Shown here in pieces: positions 15,564-30,939 of a stretch of 64,000 nucleotides of DNA; within the stretch, counting starts at the first letter, position 1; every line of letters begins with the position of its first letter. Where the stretch lies: positions 7,192,001 through 7,256,000 of the forward strand of contig CM022668.1 in the NCBI GenBank assembly GCA_012295275.1, given 5' to 3'. A model generated the notes under the pieces. That model had not been told where the DNA came from. It saw only the letters and a list, made by a program, of their open reading frames with translations, and ran no database searches. Made by a program: the position numbers and the translations under genes. The DNA is from Chrysomallon squamiferum. Lineage: Eukaryota; Animalia; Mollusca.

Positions 15564-16410
15564 CACAACTACTAATGTTGCCGCTGCTGTTGCTGCTATT
15601 GACACTACTGATACTACAACTACTACTACCACTACGTCTACTACTACATATACTACTACTACATTACTATTACTACTATTATGACTTCTATTGCGACGAC
15701 TACGCCTACTACTGCTACAACTACTACAACTGAACTACTATTATTAATGTTACTGCTATTACTATCATTACAACTATCGTTATACCACAACTACTGTTTC
15801 TACCACTACAGTTACAACAGTATCTATTGTTTAATAAACATTACTACCACTACTACAGTTATTGCAGCTTCTACAACCACCACAGTCACTTCTATTGATA
15901 CTATTACTGCTTTTCTTGCTTTTATTTGTTGTTGATGTTGTTGTTGTTATTATTATCATCATCATCATCATTATCGTCTTCATGACCTTTTTACACCTTT
16001 ATTAATTAAATTAGTTAAACGTTCTGGCGTTCTAGATGAAGGAAGTGACACACTTTATTTTAACTCTTTGTAAATTGATGTTTGTAACACAAATGAGATT
16101 CTAAATTCAGCGGAACTCTGGTAATCGCTTTAAATTAATTTTTCGTAGTAGCGAGAAATCTTTTCAGGAATGACTGAAGTATTTTTCACTGGAGACATAT
16201 ATTTAATCTGTTTTCAGGAACAACAACAATTAAAAAAAAAAAAAAAATAAAGAAAAGAAAAAAGAAGAAAAAGGTTGAAGAAATATTTTGATTAGCTGGC
16301 TGCTGTTTGAGTAAATTAATTTTTTTTTTTTTTTTTTTTAAATCTTGGATTTTAGTAACCAAATCTGGAACATTTGATGTTTCTGATTTGTTTTATTTAG
16401 AAGCGTCCAT

Positions 16411-16760
<350 letters not shown>

Positions 16761-17609
16761 ACCAACAACTACATTAGTGATGTAATGGGGACACTGATAA
16801 ATGAATTTCAACATTTTGCCAGAAGACAGATCTATATTTATTTTCTCTACGAAAAAAATATTTTAGAACATTTCACGTATCAGTTATGAACTATAAGCAG
16901 GAAACGAAATAAATCCGAGTTCCTTATGTTAGACATAAATCTCATAATATCATTTTCCTGCGAACGAAATTAAACTCATAAGCGCCATGTTGTCCAGAAT
17001 TATGTCGTTCCATGAGCCAAAGTGAAATAAAACAACAAAAGAAACGAGACTTCATTTTTCTTTTTCCACAGCAAAGCTAAAACAGTTTTATGCTGAATAC
17101 CAATATGGCGACAGCAGGCGACATATATCGATGAACTGTCTTAGGATTATTTAATAAAACCAAATTTATTTATTTTTCTGCCGACAGACATATGTGTAGG
17201 CGACAACGTAAAAGTAAAAATGTGGGAATCTTCTGTCTATGAAAAAAATTCTAGATTGAAATATAATTGGATGTAATAATACTGAATTTACTTCCATACA
17301 ATATCAGTATTCCAAAATCTTCATAAATACCAATTATAGGAAACATGTTTTTTTTTCTGTCTGACTGCCCATCACAAGCGTACTTCGATCCTAATTAGGA
17401 ATTTAATGTTAATGCACATATATCAATTCCTGGTTTAAACATTCCCCTATTATCAAAATGTCCATTACAAGCGTACTTCTACCCTCATCAGGTAGTTAAT
17501 CATACTACATACTATGATAAAATCTTGTATATGTAATTTCTATTAATTAGCAAATAAGAACAACAATAATAATAAACTTAATTTTTTTAAAATCATAATA
17601 AAATAATAA

Positions 17610-19545
17610 TGAATGAATGATGAATGTTTAACGAGACCCCAGCAAACAAATAAAAATAAAAATATATATATATATCGGCCAATGGGTGTCAAACAAATGT
17701 AAGCATAACAAATTTCTGAATATTTTCTAAATAAAAAATCAAAATTAAAATTAGTCAAAACAGTGTAAAGAGCTATGCAAAGGTATCACAGTTTATTTAA
17801 ATTATAATTTATGGTAAAATTCTGTAAGTCTCAGAAATTTCAAAACAACTTCAGGATGGAGTTGAAATGAGCAGACTGACAGTGTTCACACTTCAGGATA
17901 AGTGAATGAGTCAAACAGGTATGACCAATGCGAGACCGACACAAGACTGTATCATCTTTCCTGCACCGCCTGTAGGAGGACTGCCATTCTCTCAGGACCG
18001 GCTTCACAGAATCAAGTTAGATTGCGATCGCACCTATCCAGCCATCCTGCCAAATCTAAAAAACATATTTGTGAATTTGATGTTTAAAATCACTGTGAGG
18101 CACATCAGCCTCGACTCGAGGCAAATCTAAAGCAGACTTGGCAGCACAGTCTGCCTTTTCATTGCCAACGACGCCATCTTGGCTGGTTACCCAACAAAAA
18201 ACTGTATTTTTATTGGCATTAGATAATAAGACAAACTTTCGTATAACATCGCTATAAAGTGGTGTTCCAAATTCATGTGCTGTAAAGCATGAAGACACGA
18301 AAGTGAGTCTGTGAAAAAATATATTTGGATGTTAAGAAATGTTTAATTTTTCCATGACTTTAAAAACTGTAGCACAAGCCACAGAATTCCCATCCATGAA
18401 AAATTGATGATAAATAAAAGGATCTGTTCTATCTTTTCTAAGATGCACAAGATCCAGCCCAGTGTTTGGTGGTTTAACACACCACGGTGAAAGAACAAAA
18501 TGCGTAGGTGTTTCCAAAATGTCTGAAAAAATCAGTTAAAAACTGCCTAACGCGAATACCAAATGTTTTAATGGCATTCGGGCTTTGCGTCAAACATATT
18601 TGTTGTTAAATATCTTGTCATGTGCAGGGTGTGATGGTAAAGATTTTATCTTAGCAGCATACTGGAGAGAAGGCTTTGCATGTCTCGAGTCCAAACAACG
18701 TTCGTGTGCGACAACGTACAAGCTCTGCACAGGAGATGTTGTGAATGCACCAAGAAAAAATCCCTGGTTGTGTATGGGATGTAGCACTGCAGGTAAGAAC
18801 TGCATGCTGACCCATATACAATGCATCCATAATCCAATTTACATCTTATTAAAGATCTAGAAAGTCGGAGCATGACCCTTCAGACTGCTCCCCATTCAGT
18901 ACTGACAATAACTTTTAAAATATTCAGGTCTTTCAGGGCCTTGTTTTTAACATATTTTAGATGCAGTACAAAAGATAATTTCCTATCAAATATAACCCCC
19001 AGAACTTTTGTATCATCCACGACAGGAGCTGGACTTCTGTCGAGAAATAATTGTCTGTCCAAACGGAGACCTCTTTTCAGGCAGATATGCATACATACTG
19101 TTTTGGTTTTTGAGGACCTAAATCCGTTGTCAGTTGCCCATTGCTGAAGTTTACCAGGTTTTAAACACTGGATGATGCTGTTAATTTTCACAGAAAATAT
19201 GATTACCGACAGGACACTTCCCTGAGGTACACATACATCTTGCGGGTAGGAATCAGAAAAAGTAGAACCCACCCGGACTTTAAAAGATCTCTCTTTTAAA
19301 AAAGTTACTTATAAAAATGGGAAAGCGACGTCTTAGGTCAAAGTCGTGGAGGCTCTTCATTCAATAAAATAATAACCTCCATGCAGTGTAAAATAATAAT
19401 TTCTCAAAACAACAAAACACAAGGTTGCCCTCAGATGTTAATCGCTTGTTTGAATGATGATGATTTCCAAGGCCCTGCTCCGCTCTTTGCTTACATCTTT
19501 GAAAGAATCAATAAACCAAGGTTTATTGAAACCCTTTGGTATCGC
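17610..19545 (-). mobile_element. Decayed, internally deleted non-LTR retrotransposon (I-group/Nimb-like LINE with RT + RNase H)
   Basis: Frameshifted pieces: KPWF-type linker (~19465-19545), VPQGSVLS RT motif, LGVIFDRKLSF, RSLIRCKLDYG, GAFTTSPVQSLY, RNase H FCWV..GNEKADCAAKSAL, and a RIGHT...CEHC C-terminus ending near 17803. A (CATT)n-like 3' tail lies at ~17610. Clade assignment is from memory of motifs. Confidence 0.9.
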
Positions 19546-19779
19546 CTTCCTTTTATTTAACCAATCACTAATTTACATATTGAGTAAATTCATGTACAAA
19601 TTGTACATTTTGTCACTTTTAAGCCAGGATTGTTCTGTTTGCCATAATACAAGGAATTAAGGAGTTAAAAACCTTTTCTGCTATTTGATAGACCCATATG
19701 CCCATTGCTAGCATACTGTAACCTTTATCAGGTGTCACGTCATAGTTAATACTCATAGTAGAACTAAATACAGTTTTTA

Positions 19780-20165
19780 ACTGCAACATAAACTGTAACA
19801 TAAAGTGTAGCGTAACTGTATCTTCAAGTATAATATAAGCTGTCTAACATAAACTGTAACAATAATGGTAACACAAGCTCGCTAACACAGGATGTAACAT
19901 GAATTATAACAAACTGTAACGTGAACTAAACTAACTCGCTAACATAAACTTCAACGTGAACTGTTAAAAAATCTCGTTAGCATAAACTGCATAAAACTCG
20001 CTAACATAAACTAAAACTTGACGTGTACAAAAAAATTGCTAACAAACTGCACTATGAACTGTGAAAAATTGGTTAATTCAAACTGTAACTTGAAATGTAA
20101 CATAAACTCGCTAACAAAAACTCGCTAACATAAACTCAATAACATAATCAGTAACATAAACTTGC
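19780..20165. repeat. Degenerate short-unit tandem repeat (aacataaactgt / aactcgctaac)
   Basis: Many 11-14 bp variants in direct succession. Confidence 0.7.
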
Positions 20166-20269
20166 AATATAATTTTTCCATACGTGTTTTCTTTTTTCTT
20201 TTTTTCTGAAGCCAGACTTAATAAGAAAAGAACACGGGAGGTCAAAACTGACACAAACAATCTTTGATA

Positions 20270-20780
20270 ATTAATACTAACATGACAAAACTCAGGAGAT
20301 CAATATTAACATGATAATTCTCCGAAGGTCTATAATTAACATGATAATCTCTGAAGTCAGTATTAACATGACAAAAGCCTAAAGGTTAATATATTTCTGG
20401 AGGTCAATGATAAACCTCGGAAGGTCGTTATTAAGATGATAAACCTTGGAAGGTCAATATTAACATGATAAACCTCGGAAGGTCAGTATTAACATGATGA
20501 AGTCCGAAATCTCTGAAGTCAACCGTAACATGAGAAAAGTCTATAGGTGAAAACATCTCTAGAGGTCTGTGTTAACATGAGAAAAGTCTATAGGTCAAAA
20601 CATCTCTAGAGGTCAGTGTTAACATGAGAAAAGTCTATAGGTCAAAACATCTCTAGAGGTCAGTGTTAAGATGAGAAATCTCTGGAGTTCTATAATTAAC
20701 ATTACAATCTCTGAAAGGAACATTAACATCACAAGAGTCTGAAGGTGGATAAACCCCTGGAGGTCAGTGTTAACAGTGAA
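20270..20780. repeat. Degenerate ~29-bp minisatellite with an embedded 3 x 47-bp repeat
   Basis: ttaacatgataaacctcggaaggtcagta-like units; taacatgagaaaagtctataggt recurs at 20526, 20573 and 20620. Confidence 0.85.
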
Positions 20781-21006
20781 ACAACTTGAAGGATAACATT
20801 GACACGTTATATCCAGATAAATCAACAGCAAACTATAAAAAGCAAGCTAACTACATCAGTGTTGAAGGGCTGAAGATCAGTTTTAACTTGACAAACGACA
20901 GATGAGAGAGAGAGAAAGAAAGAGAGAGAGAGAAAGCGAGAGAGAGAGCGATATACTGTTACTACTACTACTACTACTGCTACTACTTCTACTACTACTA
21001 CTACTG

Positions 21007-21053
<47 letters not shown>

Positions 21054-21620
21054 GCTGCTGCTACTACTACTACTATTACTACTACTACTTCTACTACTAC
21101 CTCTACTGCTACTACTACCGCTGCCCACACAACCGAAGGACGCCTTTGTTTTCTTTCATTACTAAAGAAACTTTCATAGCTTTTAGTGCAAGCGTCAAAA
21201 TAAAGCCTTCCAATAATGGTAATGGGTTTGAATGAACACTTGTACAGTTCTACTACCTTTTATTGTCGCCGTCGTTGTTGTTATTAATCTTCGTCTAATT
21301 GCACTTGACCAGTGGTCAGGGTCGTCCATTTTCTATCAAGCAGGTGGACAAAGGAGTGACCAGCGCTAGTGGGGGATCTGTTGTATTTCGTACAACAATG
21401 CAGTGAGGACAGCTAAGGACTTTAATGAAATAAAGCTTGAAGCTCAACGTGTCAGAGAGAGCAGCATCTACGACAGCGGCTGTTGTTTAGAAAACTGTGG
21501 TGTATCTGAACTCAAAGGAAAATGCCAAACGTCCTACGTGTTTTGAATTAAGAGAGTAGTTTTAGTTGTTCATTGCCAAACTTGCATGTTGTAGCAAAGG
21601 ATAGCTGTATAGAGACAGGT

Positions 21621-21900
<280 letters not shown>

Positions 21901-22047
21901 ACATACATGCATGCATATAGACAGCCATATAGACAAGAAAAGATAATAGTGAAAAAGAGTGATATTTTGAGAGTTAGAGAATGAGAGAAACAGAGAGATA
22001 GACAGATAGAAGACAGACAGATAAACAGAAAGACGGACAGATATAAG

Positions 22048-22123
<76 letters not shown>

Positions 22124-22482
22124 CTATTATTGTTGTTACTTTGCTTTCCTTCGAAAAAATATGACATTTTATCTCCAAGATTCTCAATATTACCACTATT
22201 TTCAATCGTGTATTTGTGAAAATATCACCTGTAAAATTGGTGTGTGGGCGCGCGTTTGTGTATGTTTTACCTCAGAGTACTTTCTCTTGTTTCAACTGTA
22301 AATGTTGGTTTCTAGCTTGTAGATGACCTAAGTCTATTGTTGACACATCTTGTTTATAACGCGGAAAAAACTAAGAATGTAGTTAAAATATACTTCTTAA
22401 ATTACCCTTATTTCTTAAAATATAATTTATTAATATTATCATTATCATTATCATCATCATCATCATTATTATTATTATTAAA

Positions 22483-22539
<57 letters not shown>

Positions 22540-23389
22540 TAGTTAATTAGTTAACATTTTTGTATACTTACGAGCGTATATTAGAAACGAGAGAAAGATG
22601 GATAAATACTGACACACAGACAAACAGATGGATGGACGGATGGATGGACAGACACACAGACAAGTATGTATTTCTGTGCGTGAACGTGCAGGACAAACAA
22701 AGAGTTATTCAGACTCAGCACTGCTCTTCATTACGTTGCGGATAAACTAATTTAGTTTCTTTTTGTGAGTAAAAAATTAATACGACACCGCCCTCTTCTT
22801 TCTACCTGGCTAATGACGTAGAACAAAGTCACGTTTAATTAATACAGATTTCGTTTCACCTTTGTTTGCTGGATTAGAAGTAATAGAAAGAGAAAACGAA
22901 AAAAAAAGAAAAAGAAAAGAAAAAAAAAAAAAGAAGGACGATTCATAATTTGTTTACAGGCAAAAATAACATTTCGTTTCTAATAATAAAATTTGTACAA
23001 AAGAAATCTTAATTGTATTAGGCCGAAAGACGATATTAAATTTCCACAATGGAAAAATAGAAGTAATTTCGCTATAAAATCTTTGATTTTGCTTAACGGA
23101 AACTTCTGGGATTTTTTTTTTTTTTTTTTTTTTTCATGTGAGAACGTCATAATTATGGCTGGTAAAAACCTTGTAATTTCAGTAAAACTAACAGCTTAAT
23201 ATTAGATAGAGCTAATCTCACTTGTTTAAAAGAAAGAATGAATAAATGGTTAAAAGGAAATGGAAAGCAAAAAGAAAAAAAAGAAAGATTAAAAAGAAAA
23301 GAAAAAAGAAACATTTAATAAAATAAAATAAAAACTTCAGCATATTAATGTTAGTGCGTTTTAAACGGAGGGGAGTAGCTTTCCATTTG

Positions 23390-24075
23390 TCTGTCTGTCT
23401 GTTTGTATTAATGTAGAATTGTTTCTGTCTGTTTGTATTAATGTAGAATTGTTTCTGTCTGTTTGTATTAATGTAGAATTGTTTCTGTCTGTTTGTATTA
23501 ATGTAGAATTGTTTCTGTCTGTTTGTATTAATGTAGAATTGCTTCTGTCTGTCTTATTAATGTAGAATTGTTTCTCTCTGTTTGTATTAATGTAGAATTG
23601 TTTCTGTTTGTATTAATGTAGAATTATTTCTGTCTGTCTTATTAATGTAGACTTGTTTCTGTCTGTCTTATTAATGTAGAATTGTTTCTGTCTGTTTTAT
23701 TAATGTTGAATTGTTTCTGTCTGTCTTATTAATGTAGAATTGTTTCTCTCTGTTTGTATTAATGCAGAATTGTTTCTGTCTGTCTTATTAATGTAGAATT
23801 AATGTAGAATTGTTTCTGTTTGTATTAATGTAGAATTGTTTCTGTCTGTTTGTATTAATGTAGAATTGTTTCTGTCTGTCTTATTAATGTAGAATTGTTT
23901 CTGTCTGTTTTATTAATGTTGAATTGTTTCTGTCTGTCTTATTAATGTAGAATTGTTTCTGTCTGTCTTATTAATGTAGAATTGTTTCTGTCTGTCTTAT
24001 TAATGTAGAATTGTTTCTGTCTGTTTTATTAATGTAGAATTGTTTCTGTCTGTCTTATTAATGTAGAATTGTTTC
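23390..24075. repeat. 29/30-bp minisatellite, ~23 copies
   Basis: Unit gtttgtattaatgtagaattgtttctgtct with the variant gtcttattaatgtagaattgtttctgtct, head to tail, no spacers. Confidence 0.97.
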
Positions 24076-24299
24076 CGTTCTTCTCAAACTATTAATTAAG
24101 AGAAACGCATTCACACCCGGACAGACACACACACACACACATATACGCACACACACGCACACATATACTGAATTAATGAATAAAAGAAATAATAAATATT
24201 TTATGACACTTCAACACCAGAAAATAGGTTAATTCGTGTATTGCGTGATATAAACATTTGTTATCAAAATCCTACGAATTTGAGAGCATTTCACATACG

Positions 24300-24349
<50 letters not shown>

Positions 24350-25020
24350 TGTGTCTGTTGTGTGTGTTTTGTGTGTGTATATGAGCGTGTGTGTGTTTAT
24401 TCTTGTATTTTTTCTTCTCTTTGTGTGTGTATATGTATGTGGGTGTGTGATGTGTTTGTATGTATAGTTCTGGATTGAAAAAATACAGAAATTAGTTTCC
24501 ACAGACGAAACTATAAATTATGATGTTGCATAATTTTAGAATGATGTTCTGGTGTTATAAGTTTATATTTGTATGGACAATAAGACGACAAAGAGAAAAC
24601 ATATAAAGAAATATGACTGACTGAATGAGAGAGTGAATGAAAGAATAAATCACAAATCCGTTTTTATTTAAATTTAGTTATGTATCTTTATGTATATGTT
24701 TGGGTGTTTTTCTCTTTCTTTGTCTGTGTGTATGTGTATCTAAGACTATGTAGTTATATATATTTATGTTTGTATATATCTGTATGTGTGTATGTATGTA
24801 TATATATGTACGTACGTATATATGTATACAAATAAACATTTATTTACTATGTATAAAAATTTACTATAAAAAAAATATAATAATAATAAAATTTAAAAAT
24901 TCAGCAACCCAACCTCGCAAAAAAAAAACCACCTACAAAATACAACAACAAATGATACAACAACAAAACTAGATTTTATATATATATATATATATATTTA
25001 AATATAAAAAACAATCTTAC

Positions 25021-25101
25021 CTGGTAGAAATAAAAAACATCAGATTCTGTAAAATTCTTGACAGCAGGAGTTAAATTGTAAATCACCGTCGATACTTCCA
25101 T
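25021..25101 (-). CDS. CCAPR: CCAP/NPS-type neuropeptide GPCR, coding exon 1 (MEVSTVIYNLTPAVKNFTESDVFYFYQ)
   Basis: Not in the ORF track (27 codons). ATG in caaaATGG context at 25101, two N-glycosylation sequons (NLT, NFT), ends CAG|gtaaga (phase 0). Joins in frame to the 9342 exon giving FYFYQ-REQL, which resembles the FYFYETEQ pre-TM1 motif I recall from insect CCAP receptors. Confidence 0.85.
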
Positions 25102-25510
25102 TTTGAAAGAAACAGAAAAACTAAAAACTAAAATTCCTATAAACTTGTACAAAAGCGGCGACTAACTAAACACGATATTCAAGTGAGAGTACCGAAGAAG
25201 TGAGTTACGTTGAGTATCAATCGACAACTCATAAAAAAAAAAAAATACTAGCGCAGCCCTCGATAGGCGATCGGTTGCAGTCGGAAACTGTCGATATGTG
25301 TCGACAAGTTACGATAACTGACGAGCGCCGGCATTGTTGGAAAATGTTAGCGAATGAGAAATCAGAATTTATTCTTGCATGATCAGTGGACAGATCCGCA
25401 TGACTCGACTAATAACAAAATGTCGGTCTATATTAGGATGAAGATTTCCTATCTGATCGAGTTCATGCGATATTTCCAAATTGTTTAGTCTTGTTGTCGA
25501 TATCGTTTGT
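25102..25510 (-). promoter_or_regulatory. Probable 5' UTR / proximal promoter of the GPCR
   Basis: CpG-rich complex sequence immediately upstream of the ATG, bounded by low-complexity DNA; transcription start not determinable. Confidence 0.35.
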
Positions 25511-25888
25511 TTGTTTTGGGGGGTTTTTTTTTTCGGTTTTAAATTTTTTTTGAATTTTATTTTATAATACTGTTTAAAAAAAATATTAACTTTTTTCCTC
25601 ATTTTCATATTTCTTTCCTATCTCAAAACGTTTTGTCAGCTGTACCATTTGTTTTATTTTATTTAATTTACTATTATTTATTCATTTATTTTATTGTAAT
25701 ATTATTCACTATTTCATTCATTCATTCATAATTATATACATGCAGACAGACAGACACACACACATTTATATACACACACACAAATACTCATATACGCATG
25801 CACATGCACATACACTCACACATATATGTGTAATACTCACGCGCATACTATCACACACACATATATATACACCCACAAACACAACACT

Positions 25889-25943
<55 letters not shown>

Positions 25944-26433
25944 CACACCCACACACACACACAAACTATTATAACAATATATAGACTTATAAAATGTGTT
26001 GCACGATATAAATCAAGGACCGTAACTCCAAATTTGCCTTACCTCACTTTCAGTTCATAATTATTATCCCCCTTTAACAAATATTTAAATTTACAAATTC
26101 GCACACCATACCATACCTTAGCGTTCCTGCTCATGCCATACATTACTATACAGTACTCTATCATACATTACTATATCATAATATATTACACTGTACCATC
26201 TATCATGCAATACCACATTAACTGGTATCATACCACATAAAACCTGCCCAGTTAAATTGTATCACACCTAAGGTACCGACTACATGATACAATACGGTAC
26301 TGTTACTATAACATAGCATTCAGTATTGTACAAAATCATACTAAACTGTAACATGCCATAATATTCTATACCACGAATACCGTATTGTGCCCTACTACTT
26401 CATAGCATACCATTAATGTGTACCAGTGGGTAC

Positions 26434-26464
<31 letters not shown>

Positions 26465-26999
26465 TTATTATTATTTTATTTTTTTTTTTTTTTTTTTTTT
26501 TTTTTGCTCTAAGCTTCAAAACAACACAAAGAAAATATTTGAAAACTACACTGAACTAATTTCTGACGTGGTCCTGTGGACGTAGACTTGTTACCGAAAG
26601 TTCAAGTCAACTGTCAAATCAAATTAGTGACAGCTAAACGTATTAATCTGCACAGACACACCGTGACCTTAGCCTAATCCAATAATCTAATTCGATAATC
26701 TGCTAGCAAAACTGTGACATTTGATAAAGAAGATGGTAAAACAAGAATTTTTTTTTTTTTTTTTTTTCTCTTATTTGTAATTCGATTACACTTGTTTTTC
26801 TTTCTGTTTGACATTCTGGGAAAAGTGTCTGCGCATGGGATATTTAATGACTTGACTGAAGCGAAGTCATTTTATGACTGGAAAACAGGAGTGACAGACA
26901 CACAGACGGACAGACTGAGAGTAAGTCGGACAGAGAATGATCGACATACGGACAGACAGAAAAATACACAGACACAAACACATACACACTACACATACA

Positions 27000-27031
<32 letters not shown>

Positions 27032-28320
27032 CACACAATACATACATACACAGACACACACATACACACTACACATACATACATATATACACACATACAT
27101 ACATACATACATACATACATACAAACATACATACACAAACATACATACATATTTACACACAAACACATACACACATACACATATACACACAATACATACA
27201 TACATATCTACATACATACATACATACATACATACACAGATACATATATACATACATGCATACACATACATATATACATACACACATACACACCCACACA
27301 CAGAGACAGACATGGACATATGTATCTATGTATGTATGTATGGACGCACTAAAGGCACAAAAACAGACGGATACAAACATATATATCTACACAAACACAC
27401 ACACACACACACACACACAGATTCGTATTAAACTAACGTGTGTTCAGGTATTTCTGTGTCACACTGATGGTAGTAAAGATTTCTACAGAACATGGCAGGA
27501 GTGTATGGTTGGATTTTGATCTCTAATGAATGAATTTTGGCTAGGTAATATTTATTATTAATTTGTATACATACATACATATCTACATAAATTTATACAC
27601 ACATACATACACACACATACATACACACACATACATATACAACCATACATATCTACTTACATACATACATACATACATGCATACACACATGCATATTGCA
27701 TACATACAGAATCTCTAATGTTAAAGGGACATTATTTTTATGTTTGTTTAATGTACTAATTAATTTGCCTAAATATTAGCTTCTGCACAACGATACATAT
27801 GTATCGAAATTTAAACGTTTTAAAAATTAATACAGTTACAAAAGTGTAATGTTTTATTTAAATATTTCTTTAAACCATTACAGTTATAGAATTGTAAGGG
27901 TATTTTTAATTTATTAACACTGTTAATGCAAATTATGTCACGTGATCAAATACATAATGGATCAGTTTGTAGAATTATTTTTTTTTTTTTTTTTTTGTTG
28001 CCTTTGACGATATTAACCTCGAAATAATGATAATAGTTATAATGATGATAATGACGATGATGAAAAAGTAATGATAATATGATCCGATGACGTAATTGTT
28101 CCTAATATTTTCGGTTTTTGACTTCCTCACATCTGTATGCATGTGGATTTCTATTTATTTGTTTGCTTGTGTTTCTATTTCCTTAATGATCCACTCATTT
28201 TTCAATCCTTATTCTGTGAAATTGTTCTTCATAATAAAACGATATATAGAAGAGGAATAACTCTTGCAGGCTAAATGTTAAAAAGGAGTTCCCTCCCTTG
28301 CGAAAATTAATCCAACGGTC

Positions 28321-28418
<98 letters not shown>

Positions 28419-28809
28419 ATCTATCTATCTGTATATCTCTGTCTCTATATCTCTGTCTCTTTCTCACGCACACGCACACATACATGTGCACTGTCCATGT
28501 TTTAATCATGTTTTCCAGTACAATGACTGCACTCACAATGCAGGTAAATCGTGTTTCACGCAAAAACAAAATTTCATCTTCAAATATTATAATTTAATAT
28601 TTGTCTTGAAAATCCCTGAAAAAAAAAAAAGTTAAGAAAGAAAAACAAATCTATATTAAACACACTAACTAACATACTCACACTAACAGATAGACACAAA
28701 GAACACACACACACACGTATAAACACACATATACAAACATACATAAATACAATAAATCATAATTAATTATACATGTAAATATAAACACATATACATTTTC
28801 ATTATTTAT

Positions 28810-28897
28810 TACTACTACTACTACTAGTAGTAGTACTGCTCAGCTCCTACTACTACTACTACTACTGCTACTACTACTGCTACTACTACTACTACTG

Positions 28898-28965
<68 letters not shown>

Positions 28966-28978
28966 GCTACTACTACTG

Positions 28979-29019
<41 letters not shown>

Positions 29020-29180
29020 GCTGCTGCTTCTACTTATACTGCTACAGCTCTGTATTATTATTGTAATTCTCATTATTAGTAGTATTACTATTATTACTAT
29101 TATTACTATTATTATCATCATCATCATCATCATTATCGTTATCATCATTATTATCATTATCATCATCATCGTTATTATTA
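28810..29180. repeat. (CTA)n / (ATT)n / (ATC)n compound microsatellite
   Basis: Direct read; similar tracts at 15250-15790 and 20960-21120. Confidence 0.98.
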
Positions 29181-30880
29181 TTAATCTCCTTTTTCATAAT
29201 TCCATTTTCAATTATGGGTTTGAAAATCACCTGATTTCTTCCAGGACAATTTTAATATTCTCTTAATTAATTAACTTTGTAAAAGAAGTCGTCTACCTGT
29301 AATTTGTACAGGTGAAACCAGTACATTAATCTTAACGAGTTTATGACACGGATGTTCTAATTTTATAACCCGTGGAATTATAAGGTAGGCAAGTATACAT
29401 ATGTACGAATAACAATGTGTGTGTGTGTGTGTGCGAGTGCGTGTGTTAGGAATGAGTGAAGAAATGAATGAAGAAAAGAACGAATAAATGAACGTATGAC
29501 TGAACGAATAAATTTCATGTAGATTTTCAACAGGTTTTAATATTTATTGTCAGTTTGCGCTTTGGTCATGTTAGAATGGAAATCTGCATAACACGTACAA
29601 AAATACACGTGCATATTTAGTGTGTGTCTGTGTGATCATGTGTCCGTGTGTGTGTGTGTGTGTTGTTATTTATTTATTTTTAATTCATTTTATGTTGGTC
29701 AGTTCTGTCATTTCGTAATAATAAAAAGATGTTAATAATAAATTTGAATGAAATACAAGTCATAATATACCTTTTTCATTATCCAAAATATTTGTCAATT
29801 TACGTCATCAGATCATATTACCATTAGTATTATTAGTGTCATCATCATCGCTATCATCATTAATAAGTAGCGTCAATGATAAGACTATAGAGCAATTCTA
29901 CAAATTAAGTGTTAATTCTATTGCGATTAAACAAAATACTGCATTTTTGTCATTGTATTAGTTAAAATATCTGTATGTAATTTTTATACAAAATTAATGC
30001 AGGTAATACTTAGGCAAATTTATTACGAGCTACATTAGATACATTTATGTAAAAATAATTTCAATTTAATTTGATTAAAGATGTCGTTACCTTAGTGTGA
30101 AACCAGTGTGCAAACATACACACCAACATACAAACACACACATATTAACACAGACACACACAAATACATCACACATATGCACACACACACATATACACAT
30201 ACAAACAGACACACAAACGCATTTACACACACCCGCACAAATTAACTTCTGCATTAAATAACATAAAACGTTAACGCATTATTAAAAACAAAATAAAGTT
30301 TAAAAAAAATAATAAAGAAATAAATAAATAAATAAAGAAAGAAAGAAAGAAAAGAAAAGAAAAGAAAAGAAATGAAAAAAAAATTGTAATAAAACTATTC
30401 TTTAAATGAAACACGTTTTTCATTAACACGTACAATCATCGTCATCAACACCACCAACAACAACAACGATAACGATAACAACATTTTAATGAACAAGACA
30501 CAATTCGTATTTTTCTTTCTTACATGTAACCTTGTTCTTACAATCATCGCTAATCATGCTGCTCGTTATAATTTGCGGAGGACTTCGCCAAAGTTCGCTA
30601 CGTCACTGGGAAGAAATGAACGTTATTAATGGACGATATTAACTCTCAACACTGGTCCTCGGAGACGAACAGGTTGCTAGTGTTTGTGACAATCAATATC
30701 CTATGACGTCAGCGGGCTGTCTCGTCATTCAAGAACATTGCTCGGGTCATGCCAGTTTGAGAATGGCATTTTCCAAGCTCCTCGCAGCGTTTTGCTAATG
30801 TTCTCACATGAAGACTCTAGAAAGTGAATTTCGAAGAATTAAAATAAGAAATATTTTCTGTTTCTTTAGGATTCTTGTTG

Positions 30881-30939
<59 letters not shown>

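Noticed and set aside
23390-24075. Possible CRISPR array (30-bp repeats)
   Set aside because: Units are head to tail with no unique spacers, there are no cas genes, and the context is a eukaryotic intron.
27721-27735. TTAAAGGGACA resembling a DNA-transposon terminus
   Set aside because: No matching opposite end nearby; too short to support a call.
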